From Octopus vulgaris (taxonomy: Eukaryota): a DNA stretch of 64,000 bases. The position numbers and the translations under genes were made by a program. The notes beneath the pieces are model-generated. The model ran no database searches and was not told the origin of the DNA. It saw only the letters and a program-made list of their open reading frames with translations. The stretch is taken from the NCBI GenBank assembly GCA_951406725.2, contig OX597823.1, positions 42,904,001 to 42,968,000 of the forward strand, given 5' to 3'. Shown one piece after another: positions 42,300 through 57,230 of the stretch (positions within the stretch are counted from its first letter, which is position 1; each line of letters opens with the position of its first letter).

Positions 42300-42409
42300 A
42301 TTTATTTTATAGAAGGAGCTTCTACAGGACTAGAACTGTTTCATTCAAATATGATTTCATTTGAATGAAACAGTTCTAGTCCTGTAGAAGCTCCTTCTAT
42401 AAAATAAAT
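42300..42409. repeat. Perfect 51-bp inverted repeat with 8-nt loop
   Basis: atttattttatagaaggagcttctacaggactagaactgtttcattcaaat, then atgatttc, then its exact reverse complement. Confidence 0.95.
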
Positions 42410-42474
42410 TAATTTACTCTGCTATGTATTAAGTACCTTATTTACTGTGGTTAACCCCGACTCAACCCGGGACC

Positions 42475-42516
<42 letters not shown>

Positions 42517-42853
42517 TGTGTGTTTGTGTATAGATTGTTAATGTATGGTACTTTGATAATATAAAATTATTAATAGTAAGAACTTGAATTCGCACATATT
42601 CCAGAAATCTTAAACGAGGAAGCTATACCGATAGTTAAATACGTTTATTAGGAATTAGAAGTCAATCAGGTGTACAGTCAATAATGAATGGGGTTTATAG
42701 GAAAAATTAAATTCATTTGAACTAAATCAATGCGGTTATGTGGTGTATGCAATAAATTTATTTCCACTTGGATTAATAATGTAGATGCAATGAAATATAT
42801 GCAAACTATACATTTAACAATATACCCTAGTGCTTATTTTTATAGCTATTAAT

Positions 42854-43067
42854 AATCAGTTCTACTATAGGTACAGGGTGTGGAAATTTTGGGGACGAGG
42901 CTAGTCGATTACATCGACCGATTACTGGTACTTATTTCATCGACCGTGAAAATAAATTAAAGGAATAGCAGACCGCGGAGGAATTTGAACGCGAAGTATA
43001 AAGTTATACGAAATGCCGCTAAGCATTTTACCAGGCGTGCTAACGATTCTGCCAGTGCACTACCCCG
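42854..43067 (-). mobile_element. SINE family B with 14-bp target-site duplication
   Basis: cgaaatgccgctaagcatttt...gctaacgattctgccag is shared with 56320-56530 and 62775. TTATAGCTATTAAT occurs at 42840-42853 and 43068-43081. Confidence 0.85.
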
Positions 43068-44050
43068 TTATAGCTATTAATGGTAAGTTGTAATATAATG
43101 TGTTAAAACCCATCAGAGGAAAATAGACGGGAATAAATAAAGTTATGATTAGTTCGAATATATTTGGGACATTTTGACCTGTAAAGAATCGTTATCACAG
43201 CGGTACCCAATGAAGGAAAATTCTGACTTCAGACAAAAGGTATTTAAAACACCGACGTTAGTGGGGAGCATCCTGTATGAACAAGTAGATGCCTCTGGAA
43301 ATTTTTTGCTCTCTTATATACCAGGTATCAAACAGGGCAACTCTAAATTGATTGAAAGGCTTAGTTTCCTTACAAGATTTTATCAAATATTTTATTCTGA
43401 TGAAAATAATTAAAACTGATTAAAATAAGCAATTTAGCACAATTCTTTGACTTAGCTAATAAATTTATAAGTATTGAACAGATGGCTCGGCAGGAAAAAT
43501 ACACAAAAAATAAAACAAATAAGACAAATGTGCTAGAAATAATATGCCAGAAAGATGAAGAGGAAAGCCCCTAATTTATATAAATAGAGAGAGAGAGAGA
43601 GAAAGAGAGACATTCATATTTACATACATGCATACATACATGCATACATACTAGGCATGTGCTGTCAGTAATTACTCAGGATAGGCAATTGGTGACCTTT
43701 ATGTAGAAGGCAGATTTACTTCTGCTTTTACCTCACGTAAAGAAAACGGTGTTGTAGGAGTGTACGCAGCACGTGTACTACAGCAATACTATGCGTAGCT
43801 TAAATACTGAGAATGAAAGGCAGGAGAAAATTATTCCTACCTAATCCAAAAAAATAAAATATTTTGCATTTTATCCTTAGTAATCAGAGTAACCTTCATA
43901 ATTTTGTTGAATTAGGTGTACATTGTGCCATAGAAGGAAAAGGTTGCAATCGATCTATTTTATTCAAGATTGGCACAACATAGGCAGCATTTCCCTCATA
44001 CATACATACATATATACATACATACATACGTACATACATACATACATACA

Positions 44051-44084
<34 letters not shown>

Positions 44085-44138
44085 CATACATACATACATA
44101 CATACATACATACATACATACATACATACATACATACA

Positions 44139-44169
<31 letters not shown>

Positions 44170-44884
44170 GTGTTGCATTCGGGAAGTTATTCGGCAAATA
44201 TAACTGTCCCCGATTACTGCAATTTTAGTGTATTAGTACTATTCATCATAAAACAGAACGAATGGTAAATTCACATATAAATAACATGTGAAATAACATG
44301 TGTTCAGAGATAAATAAATATACTAACAAAACATTTATTTGCATATATGGGAAAATACATGCATATGTATTGACGTATGTATACATAGTCATATACATAT
44401 TCTCGGGTGCATTACTATACATGCCGGTACGCATATTGACATAGATATACGCACGTGCATATATCTGTATTCATTTGAATTAACAAGAATATATATATAC
44501 ACATAAAAATAATCTGAAACTGGAACACGCACAAAGAGATAGAGGAATTCATACACATAAGTTCACGTTTTCTGACACATGTGGATATAAAGACGAAATC
44601 TCATATACTATAGCATATATATTTTTAGGAAGGAACACATAAATATGTAAAATTTAGGTATCGGCAGAAATATGAAAAAAAAAGTGAAAATGAACAAAAT
44701 GTTTGTTAATATTTTTATTAATATGGGAATGGAAACGCGTACAAGCAAAACATTTACATTAATAAGCAAAATATCTCGTCATCAAATTTTTATACTGATA
44801 TATACACATAACATCACATATATAATATAAGGGGATATATATGTGTGTGTGTGTGTGTGTGTGTAGTAAGTATGCATGTATGTA

Positions 44885-44964
<80 letters not shown>

Positions 44965-44982
44965 CATATATATATATATATG

Positions 44983-45590
44983 TTGTATAGAGGGCATTAT
45001 TACACATAAATGCCACACGCTAGGAGGGACTCTTAAAGTCATAACTACCAAATATAAACAAATTGTACCGAATGCAATTCTGAAAGCGAGTCATTTAAAA
45101 ACAGAATTTAGCTCCATATCACCTGTGATTTCGCAATTAACGCGTTATTCTCGTCCCTTGCTCTTCAGGAGACAACGTGCTTTTTCGGAACAAATTTCTT
45201 GTTAAGATTTCTTATTAAGATTTTATCCTATTTTTAAAATTTGTTCCGAAAAAGCACGTTGTCTCCCGAAATGCAATTCAAAAGAGCCCGCCACTTACAT
45301 AAATGTATGTTGGGTAAACATTTCCATATACTACGATGACGGCGACGTTTGTGCATCTGGTGTGATGTTTTTGTTTATATATGATATATTTTGGATTCGC
45401 TCCACTGAAGAGCAAGGGACGCGTATAACGCGTTAATTGCGAAATCACAGGTGATATGGAGCTAAATTCTGTTTTTAAATGACTCGCTTTCAGAATTGCA
45501 TTCGGTACAATTTGTTTATATTTGGTAGTTATGACTTTAAGAGTCCCTCCTAGCGTGTGGCATTTACGTGTAATAATGCCCTCTATACAA
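44983..45590. repeat. Long inverted repeat (186-bp arms) with nested inner inverted repeat; carries a hammerhead
   Basis: 44983-45168 is the reverse complement of 45405-45590 with few mismatches. Inner ~30-bp arms lie at ~45168-45198 and ~45237-45266. Flanked by (TA)n. Confidence 0.92.
45399..45462 (+). ncRNA. Type I hammerhead ribozyme, canonical core, all stems paired
   Basis: gctcca CTGAAGA gcaa-gg-gacgcgt-ata-acgcgtt-aa-ttgc GAAA tcac-ag-gtga TA tggagc. Predicted cut after 45456. Confidence 0.9.
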
Positions 45591-45715
45591 TATAAATAAA
45601 TATTTTCAAAGAAAAAAATTTACAGTTTTTTTTCTTTTATGAGGTTTTTCACGCTAACTACTTGATAATTTCTTGTTAAGATTTCTTATTAAGATTTTAT
45701 CCAATTTTTTATATT

Positions 45716-45811
<96 letters not shown>

Positions 45812-45830
45812 GGGTGTGTGTGTATGTACA

Positions 45831-45887
<57 letters not shown>

Positions 45888-45890
<3 letters not shown>

Positions 45891-46000
45891 CGAACGATTG
45901 AAAGATACCATTGACAAGCAACTCAAAGATAAGCATGCAGGTTTCAGAAAGGAGAGATCATGCACGGACCAGATTGCGACGCATCTTGGAGCAGACAATG
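45888..46000 (+). mobile_element. Short RTE-like LINE RT fragment
   Basis: [31 protein letters not shown] (cf. QAGFRxxRSCxDQI). Confidence 0.75.
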
Positions 46001-47220
46001 GAATGGCAAGGAGCAAAAAGGATTAAGAAGAATATATATATACATAGACGACTTTAGGTCATCAGAATCACTCGAGCTCATAATGGATATCGTCACTCGG
46101 GTTCATCACAGATTTCGCGTAAGACATAATCCTACTTGAAGAATTTTCTCACGTTTTTCCGCAATAGTTCTCACCCCAAATGCCTTACTTTTTATATGTA
46201 GCATTATGTCTTTCCCCATTTCTAAATTAAGGTTAAAAATAAAGGCAATCCTGCAAAACACAACTGATCTTTACACACAGACGCACAGAATAAGAACAAT
46301 CAAATAACCCCAGCGGAGTGCTCAACAAATATCAGCGATCTGCCTGTCGCCTGTACCCTTGACAAGAGATGCCAGTTAGTCGTTTACACCTACTCGTTCG
46401 TTTTAGCCCGAGTTGCTGGATAATTTTTTCGTTCCTTTAAGAATATTGTAGAACGGAAGTTTTCATCGATTGGAATTTAAATCCTATTCTCTCTAAAAAT
46501 TTATTGCTTCAAGAAAACATTGAATTTGATTTACTTTTAATTTTTACGATTATAGATAAAATCTCGGGCTGTAACTTCCTAATCCGAATCAGGCGCATGT
46601 AAACGATGCTATAAATGATATTTTTTGACACAGGGCATCCCTAAGACGAACGCCAGACGCTGAACGAAAATAAATGAATTGCGACCAGGCTCGATAAAAG
46701 TAGCTCGATTATTGGCTACAATTACATATTTGAAGTTAGTGTTGGCAGAAATTAAATCAGCTTGCAAATATGCGTTCACTTTACTAAATTTATACTGGAG
46801 CTAAACCCGAACAACCCGAGTGCCGGAGTCGCCACTGATATATATATATGTAAGCATACATATAAATATATATACAAAAAGTTCTTTTTTTAATTATCAG
46901 CCCCGAGAAGTTCTTCCCCCTTAAAGGAAACTTCACCCTTCCTTCTACCTATTCAACAAACTCTCTTTCTCTCCGTCTCATACTCCGAAAGCAGCTCTAC
47001 ATGGCAGTACTAACAACCACCAGTCAAATTTCCCACGTACACAGACATACATACATACAAACATACATACAAACATACATACATACATGCAAACATACTT
47101 ACATACATACATACATATATACATACATACATGCATGCATGCATACATACATACATACATACATACATACATACATACATACATACATACATACATACAT
47201 ACATACATACATACATACAT

Positions 47221-48803
47221 TGTTCCAGTTGATCCGATCAACGGAAGAATTTGCCCGTGAAATTAACATGCAAATGGCTAAGCCCTCCACAGATACGTTA
47301 CGAGGGGCGTTCAATAAGTAATGCCCCTGACCCACTTCCCATAGCAGTAGAGCAACGAAACTTGGCACAGTTATTAGTCTTTTTCTACATAGGAACCACT
47401 CAGAGGTACGCATTTCTCCCATCGTTTGATGCGGCTCTGGAGACCGTTTTTGTAGAAGAACCCAGCTTGGTCCTCCAACCTCAACGTGACTTCAGAAATC
47501 AAGGCTGCATCATCTGGGAAACGCTTTCCTTTCAAAAACAACTTCATGATTGGGAAGAGGTGAAAATCAGAGGGTGCAAGGTCAGGAAAGTAGGGGGGAT
47601 GGGGAGGAGTTCATAGCCATATGCCTGTGCTTCTGATCTGGTGACAAGCGAGTTGTGGACCGGAGCGTTGTCCTGCAGGAGGAGGATGCCTTTGCTGATC
47701 TTGCCCCGCCTCTTGATTTTGATAACTTCTCTTAATTTCCTCAAAAGTGAAGCATAATAGGCTCCTGCAATTGTGGTACCCTTTGCCAGGAAATCTGTCA
47801 TCACTACTCCGTCCTGGTTCCAGAAGACTGTGAGCATGGCCTTGCCAGCGGAGGGCTGCACCCTTGCCTTCTTTGGAGGGGGTGAGTCACGGTGCTTCCA
47901 CTGCATTGACTGGGCTTTGGTCTCTGGATCATCGTGATGGACCCAGGTTTCATCCTGTGTAATCAGTCTTTTGAAAAATTTTGACTTATCTTCTTGGCAC
48001 GTCTCCAAATTCACCCTCGAGCACTCGACGCGTTCTTGCTTCTGCAAAGGCGTGAGCAACCTGGGAATCCATCTGGCAGACACCTTTTGCATATGCAAAT
48101 GGTCATGAATGATAGTTTCCACAGACCCGGTACTAATCTTGACCTCATGGGCTATTTGGCGAATAATTATGCGTCGATCTTCCAAAATGGCAGCCTCAAC
48201 TTGACGGACAGATGCCTCATCAATGGCAGAACGGGGCGACCAGATCTGGGAGCTGTTTCCACAGAGTTCCGACCATGTTTGAATTCACGATGCCAGCGTT
48301 TTACAAGGTCATATGATGGGGCATCATCACTATAAGTTACTTTCATTTCATCAAAAGTCTCCCGTGGTGTGCGTCCTTTCAAATACAAAACCGGATCACT
48401 GCTCGACACTCAACAGGCTCCATTTCACACTTGACTCGGTTCAAACACCTGTAAATCAGAAACCACAATTAATTCAGAGCTGTAATTTGCCACTTACTCT
48501 ATAGAGATATAAATAATTGCACATGCAAAATTTCAGCAAGATCAAACAACTGCAAGTGGGTCATAGGCATTACTTATTGAACGTCCCTCGTATATCCTTA
48601 ACGTAGTAGTGGGGGAGATTCAGCGTGACACAGAATGTGAAATGGTTGGCTTTTTGAAATGCCAGCATTATACATCTTTGTCAGCTGAGTGGACTGGAGC
48701 AAAGTGAAATAAAATGTTTTGCTCAAGAACACAATACTTCGCCATGTATCGAACTAACTATTTACGATTGTGAGTGGAATAACTTAAAGATAAAGCCACG
48801 CGC
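47221..48803 (-). mobile_element. SINE family C split by a mariner insertion (parts 47221-47298 and 48593-48803)
   Basis: gttccagttgatccgatcaacggaa...ccacagatacgt continues after the mariner as tatccttaacgtag...cagctgagtggactggagcaa...gctcaagaacacaa...atcgaact (B-box-like on the minus strand). Confidence 0.7.
47301..48590 (-). mobile_element. mariner (DD34D, irritans-like TIR), full length 1290 bp with TA TSD
   Basis: TIRs CGAGGGGCGTTCAATAAGTAATGCCCCTGACCCACTT and AAGTGGGTCATAGGCATTACTTATTGAACGTCCCTCG, with TA at 47299-47300 and 48591-48592. Motifs WIPRLLT, TQDETW, QDNAPVH and PPYFPDLAPSDFHLF; a few frameshifts. Confidence 0.96.
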
Positions 48804-49779
48804 GCACGAGCAATCGTATCGGTAAATACTTCTCTATTTGTAGAGAAGTATATATTTGTCACGTAGACAATTGCACATAAAACATAATAAAATGTTACAT
48901 GAACCTAGATATATGTGATTGGTACGTAGGTAAGTAATACGTACAGCAATAAGCATATGTGATGATAAAATGGTACAATCGGTGTTTATTCTAGAACGGT
49001 AAGAGATATACACATGTGTAAAACTAGTTCAGCCACAACGCTTTTCATAAATCTGTTTAGATGAGGGAGCGTTGTCAGTAGTTGTAAGCTGTGTACATGA
49101 TATGAAGATAAGCAATATGATGAAATCTGTCCACAATCTTCTTTCAGCCACTAAATATACACATGTTAATTACACGGGTATTTTCTTTAAACAAGCAGAA
49201 ATCAATACCACCAATTAGTTCGTTATCATCACCATCAACCAAAGAAGTATATAATTGACTCTTTTTATTGCCTAAAACAATTCATTTCCAGGGCTTGTTT
49301 GTTTTCCAGTAGTAATTTAGAATTATGCAAATCTTCAGGAAAAACAATGTTTAAATCAATTTTTTTTTCAAAATTATCTATAAACTGGAAAAACTCCAGC
49401 AGCATTGAAAGAAGCAATTATTGGTAAAGATGGAAAACCGTGGAAAGATGGTTAATTAGAGATCTTACATATAACTAAAACAATGGAACAAGTAGACCGG
49501 ACTAAATGCGTTAACTCCCTGGAGAACAATAATTTATTCTTTAGTGGTACTCAGCCTCGTTTTCACACTTTACAAAACTACTTAACACGTCTTCAACAAT
49601 ACGACAGTGTTTTGAATAATATTGTTGACAGCATGTTTCTGAATTTTGTATGTGAAACAAATTGACCGAGTGATTCTATGTCGCATGGTACAAGATTACG
49701 CAAATAACACAACATACTTTGTTATGTACATGTGTATAACTATATACATGTATACATATATACATACATATATACAAAC

Positions 49780-49816
<37 letters not shown>

Positions 49817-51296
49817 CACAAATACACACGCACACGTACACGCACGCAGACACACACACACACACACACACACAGGAAAAAGAAAAGAGAATGCTATTCT
49901 GGCACTCAACTTAGAGTGCACTGCATCCTATAGCAGAAACAACTAATGAATTTCATAGCATAACCATTGCTTTTCTCTGCCTTGTTTTTCTTATTGCCGA
50001 TCTATATTCATCTAACACTGTGTTCTGAAACATACGTGTACTGAGTTCTAATTCTATGTTATAAGTCTAATAAATAGATAGAATTTTTGACCAATAGGAC
50101 ACATAAATAAAATTTCTCTCAAATAGTTTAACAGAGCCAGAAGATGGAAGAAATTCATGTTGTCGCTATTGTAGCTAAGAATAGACTACACTTCCAAGAA
50201 TCGCATGACAAGTATTGTTGTCATAGTGTTGTAAGGGATTGTAATTAATTTCTAATTCATTTACCTCCTTAACAACTACCAAATCTAAGATTAGAAGACT
50301 GTCTATTTTGAATAAAGGACAAGAGTGGTTGACCACTCATGGCTAGGTATGATCATGTATACAGCATATGTGATTCAGGTAATATTTCGGACGATGACAT
50401 GATGTAAGAGATATCTACAATTAGCGCACAGGTTGGTCTACTGCCTAAGCTCAAACTTCAACAACGACTATAGAAAGGAGGGTGGTTATAGCCTAATGAA
50501 GATTAGCTATAACCGGTGTTTAAATTGACCAGGTACGTATATAATACAATAAATGCATAAACAGGCAAACAGCTGTTATCAGGTCAGATTTTGACGTTAT
50601 ATATTTTATTGAATATGCAGGTTGATAAATGACCAATTGAAGAATGAACATATTGGTTATGATATTTTCTAGTGTTAGATGAAGCTGGTCATCTATCTAG
50701 AATCCAGACAGGGAGAAGAAGAAAGGAAGAAAGAGTGGAAGTGGTTTGCTTTTACAGCTGTTTCAAAAATATATGTGCAGTGAGAGCATTTCTCTGCAAA
50801 CAATCAGCAGACATATTTATAGTTGGAAGAGGAATGAGAAACTGCCTAAATAGGAAAGTAAGGATCTACTAGTGGGAGGTATACAGAAGTAAGCTTAAAC
50901 AAAGACTGGCAGATAATACATGGACATAACAATAGGGAGATAGATAAAACGAACAAATATGACAAGGGATATATATATATATATATGAAGTTCATGAATT
51001 GGAGGAAGACATATTGAAACATGTAGCCTCTTGTGATCTATACTCGTGTATACAACACCCAGGTTTGAATGTATAAACATCATATTCTTATCTGATAATT
51101 GTTTGCTTATTTTTCCGTTTATTCTCTCTTTTTCTTTCTCTCTGTCTCTCACTCCCTCTCAACCTCTCTCCCTGACGATCAATATATATGTGTGTGTGTA
51201 TATATGTGTGTGTGTGTATATATATTATCGCTTTGTTTACCATGTAGGCAATCATCGAAATTTTTGTTTGTCTTGTTGTCGAGAGAGGCTCCCTTT

Positions 51297-51378
51297 CTTT
51301 CCTGATGAGAAGATTGCATAATGCACCCTTTATTCCTTTGGAATGAAAACATTCTGTTTTCGAAACATGTGTCGAGAG
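51297..51378 (+). ncRNA. Type I hammerhead ribozyme with long stem II insertion
   Basis: ctttc CTGATGA gaaga...ttttc GAAA catgtg TC gagag. GUC triplet; predicted cut after 51373. Confidence 0.72.
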
Positions 51379-51582
51379 TAAAGGAATTTTGTTAACATCT
51401 TCGTTCGACTCCATTCTTTCATTTATTCATATACAACACAAACATTTCTACACATGAACCCGGAGTTTCTACCCTTGACAGGTCGCTTCAACCGTGTTTT
51501 TTGACGTGAATTTGCTCCCCAGGTTTCAGTTAAACGAATTTTCCATGCTGACGATAAACATAGGATAATTAATTCACCTACG

Positions 51583-51644
<62 letters not shown>

Positions 51645-51735
51645 TGTGTATATGTGTGTACATACATATATATATACATATGTACATACATACACACACG
51701 TACGTGTATATATATATATATACATACATACATAC

Positions 51736-51772
<37 letters not shown>

Positions 51773-52115
51773 CAAACAGTATTAATGTTCACACCCTATA
51801 ATGTGTTCATGTCTACAAAGTCTCAATTTCATACTTGGAAAACGTATCAAATTTCAAATTTAATAGTATTTAAACCTACTTGCATAGCGGTGGCCATATT
51901 TTTCTCAAGGCTGCAACATGGTTACTGCACGAATCATCTACTAGCGCAATATTCACTGTCACATACATTCACTTTTATTCTTACTTATATCTTTTTTATA
52001 ATGAAATCTCATCATCCAACATTCGCATACCATTTCCTGTTTTACTCCTGATGTATTTTTCTTTTTCAGCAAAACACGCAACATAAGATATATATGTGTG
52101 TGTGAGTGTGTAATG

Positions 52116-52165
<50 letters not shown>

Positions 52166-52572
52166 ATGTGTGTGTGTGTGTGCGTGTGTGTGTGTATATA
52201 TATATATGTATGTATGTATACATGTATGTAGGTTTGTATGTATGCATATACAAAAAACTATGTGTGTACGTGTGTGTGTGTTTGTGTGTGTCTGTATGTG
52301 CGTGCGTGTGTTTCTATATGTGCTGTCTCTATACATATCACATACAATGGTAATCTTATCCAATAGTGGCATATGATTTCCATTTTCACTGCCTGCATCT
52401 TCTGCCATTGTTGACATACATAATGTATGTATATGGGTTACCTTTTCCTATATACACAATATATATTGTTTATTTTTTCTTGCTGCAGCACACACACACA
52501 TACACCTACATGCAAACTTATAATGATATGTATATATGTATGCATGTACGTATATATATATATATATACACT

Positions 52573-52610
<38 letters not shown>

Positions 52611-52731
52611 CACTCCTGTATATACATGTATATATATTCATACATGCTTACACACACATATAATCAGGCACAAATGCATATACATATATTACTGTCTATA
52701 TGTATATATATATATATACATACACACGCAC

Positions 52732-52766
<35 letters not shown>

Positions 52767-52774
52767 TATGTATA

Positions 52775-52821
<47 letters not shown>

Positions 52822-52929
52822 TTAAGATATGCTTTCCTAAAATTGTATGTATATAATCTTTGTGGCTATAAAAACATGTGTGTGTGTACGTGCCTAAGCT
52901 TATGTATAGGAACGTACACACATATATTC

Positions 52930-52980
<51 letters not shown>

Positions 52981-53431
52981 CTCATTACTTGTTTGTGTGC
53001 ACACATGTACACAATATATATCATTTTCAGAGGCAATAAATATACTCCATGCTATTTGCTGTTTGCAAAGCAATTCGACATTTCGTTGATATCCTATTTG
53101 CATTTAACGGAAATCAATGAGAGACGTGAATGACAGAGAAGTAAAGGAAGTAGGAAGAATCGAGAAATACGTGGGAGACAGTCAGACAGACGTTAAGAAT
53201 GAAAAGTAGTGATGGGGTTGGGGATGAATAGAAAGCTACATTGTGGGAGCGAGGGAGTAGAAGGACGTAGGAATGTGGTATTGAGAGAAGGAGGGATTTT
53301 TGTGAAATTTAAGAGGGATTACGTCGTGTTAAGCCAGGGGAAAATAACGATAGATATAAGACGTCACACACGGCAACAAGTAGATGATGAGGTGAAGACA
53401 AAGAAGGAGAAGACGAAGAAAGAAGAAAAAT

Positions 53432-53474
<43 letters not shown>

Positions 53475-53495
53475 GGTGGTGGTGGTGGTGGAGGA

Positions 53496-53561
<66 letters not shown>

Positions 53562-54450
53562 GGTGGTGGTGGTGGTGGTGGAGGTGGTGGTAGTAGTAGT
53601 AGTGGTTGTAGTAAGGGTAGTAGAAAAATAAGATAGCAACAAGATGGAGGAGATAAAGAAAAATGAGATGGAAGAAGAAGAAGAAGAAGAAGAAGAAGAA
53701 GAAGAAAAAAAGAAGAAGAAGAAGAAGAAGATGATCATGATCATGATCAGCAGCAGCGGCATGCAGAGTTGTTTGGTATCAGTTGGTACGTAGATCTTGC
53801 TTTTTCTTCCTTGTCCTCACGAACGAAACCCAACCAATATGACGAAACGAACCAAAAGCAATTTCGGTAAACTAGTTTGGATTAAAATAAATTGGACGAT
53901 TTAACTTGAGGGGAATGGTGAGTGCTTGGAAGGTGAATAATTCATTCTAATGTCATCCTTCACGTTTTCATCCTTGCTCCAGATATCGTTATGACTGCAA
54001 ACACTACAGTTCAAGCTGCTACGACAGCAGAAACATAAACAACATCAGCAAGACCGTAACTTAGCTCCGCCACAATCAGTAACTCATCATGTTCACTAGC
54101 AACACCGCTGAGAATTTTACCACTGCTGTAACTATGATAAGCATCTCAGTTCCACTATTTTCTTGGTTTGAGGTAATTTATCCTCAAGGAACCTTCGCAT
54201 TTGGATGATGTCTTCATGAAAATGGAGCAGTCGATCAATGCTGTAATACATTTATACCTACATACATACGCACACACATATGTACATACACACATAAATA
54301 GATGTATATATATATATATATATATATGTGTATATGTGTGTATATATATATATACATATGTGTTTATATATATATATATATGTATATTCATATCTATAAA
54401 TGTATATATATATGCACATATATATATATGTATATATATATATGTATGCA

Positions 54451-54501
<51 letters not shown>

Positions 54502-54615
54502 TATATCTTTAATATATTACATACACCGTATTTTGGATCCCATGTAATTATGCGAAGTATGCCAATTTGTATTTATCTGACTTTCATCATCTCAATGTTT
54601 CTCTTTCTGCTTTTC

Positions 54616-54680
<65 letters not shown>

Positions 54681-54769
54681 CACACTTATATAAACATATA
54701 AATGTGTGTATATGTGTGTATATATGTATATCGTTATCATAATCATATAACCAGCTTTAAAACAATCAA

Positions 54770-54990
54770 TAAGAAACATTCAACATCTTTGGCTAAGTTT
54801 GTATGGTGATTGAAGGAGGATAAAATTAAGTACAGCATAACTTGGTCCGTAGTAAGGCACGCACAACCATGCGATATAATGACCAGGAGATGCCGTCTCT
54901 GCTCCGAGGAATCCCTGTCTATTATGTGGACTTATGAGAAGATCATTAATAGAAGCTTCTCAAGGTGTCTATACGCATATATTCCCACAA
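54770..54990 (+). mobile_element. Penelope-like element, C-terminus of GIY-YIG endonuclease
   Basis: STSLAKFVW*LKEDKIKYSITWSVVRHAQPCDIMTRRCRLCSEESLSI...INR...SRC matches the PLE pattern TxLSKxxWxLK...W...CxLCxxE...LNxR...CRH. Confidence 0.78.
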
Positions 54991-55537
54991 TGCAGTGGGA
55001 ATGACTTTAAGTAATCGTTAATACATTTTACTTTAAGGTATGGATGAATTAAGTTTACTTTTAACCTCCCCATTCTTATAAACACCAAGTATTTAACTCG
55101 CTTTGTGATCGTGAGTGCACGAAACTACATGTGTGCGTATGATTACATGTTTGCGGATGCTTGTATGAGCGAGTGTACACTCGACATGCAATTTGCTCGA
55201 GGGCGTTTATGCATCCATATTTGTTGATGGTTATTTTTAACACTTTTCTCGCTGTATTCCGTGTTCGTTTTCTTTTTGCATCTCTGATTTTATTTTTGGT
55301 CTATATAAATGAATATATTTCCTTCGTTTTGTTGCATTTCTTTCTGCGAAATGAGAAGATACATCGCAGAACTATTATATTAATAAGTTGTGTATATTTA
55401 TCATCCAATGAGACACATCAGCACTGAACCAGTTGTTTAGTGTCCCACCCGTGAGGGAACGATGGAAGATATGTCGAAACAATTGTCGGGATTGATAATA
55501 AGTTCTCGTATATTCCATCTTCCGTCTTTCATTTACC

Positions 55538-55579
<42 letters not shown>

Positions 55580-55989
55580 TGTACATATACGTATACTATA
55601 CGTATATGTACATATACGTGTACTATACGTATGAATATATCTGTATATTGGTTTTGTGTATATGTGTGTGCGTGTTTGTGCATGCATGTGTGCGTGTCTG
55701 TGTGCATGCGTGTGACCGTTCGTACGTGCATGTGTGCATATCCGCAGGCACGCGTTTGTTTTATTATTTTGCCAGATTTTTATGTCGTTTGATACTGTTG
55801 AAATATAAACGTTTCTCCAAGTAGTGAACGTGAGAAAATGAAGTGATTCCCCATTAAAGAAATTTCAATTATCTATTTCACTCATAAAACAACAGTATTT
55901 ATATTTGTGGTCTAAACGGGGGGGGGGGCAGCAAGGCCGCAGTCAAATGATTAAAACAAGTAAAAAAGAAAAGAAAAAAGAAAAATTAT

Positions 55990-56530
55990 TGCTTTCAAAT
56001 TTCCAGTATTCAACTGGTTCTTATTTTATCGACCACGAAATACTGGAAGTTTATTGAATTTGAAACCAGAACGTGGAAACAGCGGAAATGTCGCAAAGCA
56101 GTTAGCCCAGGATGGGACAGATTCTGCCAGCACGCGCTGGTAATAAAAAAGAAGACAAAGAAACATACACATTAAATTTAGTAAAATTCCATTCTACAAT
56201 TAGTACAAGGCCTATAATTTGAACTCGAAACGTGAGCCGGACGAAATGCCGCTAAACCACCTGTCCGATGTGCTAACGGCTTTGCTAATTCACTGCCGTA
56301 AAAACAACAATAATAATAATGGATTCAAAAGTTGCCACAAAGGCAGCAATTTGGAGGGAAGGGATGAGTCCATTATATCAACCCCAGCATTCAACTGCTA
56401 CATCTTTTATCGACCCCGACAGGATGGAAGGGAAAGTCGACCTCGGTGTAATTTGAACTCAGAACGTAGCGACGGACGAATTGCCGCTTAGCATTTCACT
56501 CGGCGTGCTAACGATTCTGCCAGCTCGCCA
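55990..56530 (-). mobile_element. Cluster of three SINE family B copies or fragments
   Basis: Repeated tttatcgacc...atttgaactc...cgaa(a/t)tgccgct...gctaacgattctgccag blocks, separated by (AAT)n or A-rich linkers. Confidence 0.75.
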
Positions 56531-56544
56531 ACCTAACAACAACA

Positions 56545-57215
<671 letters not shown>

Positions 57216-57230
57216 AATAATAATAATAAT

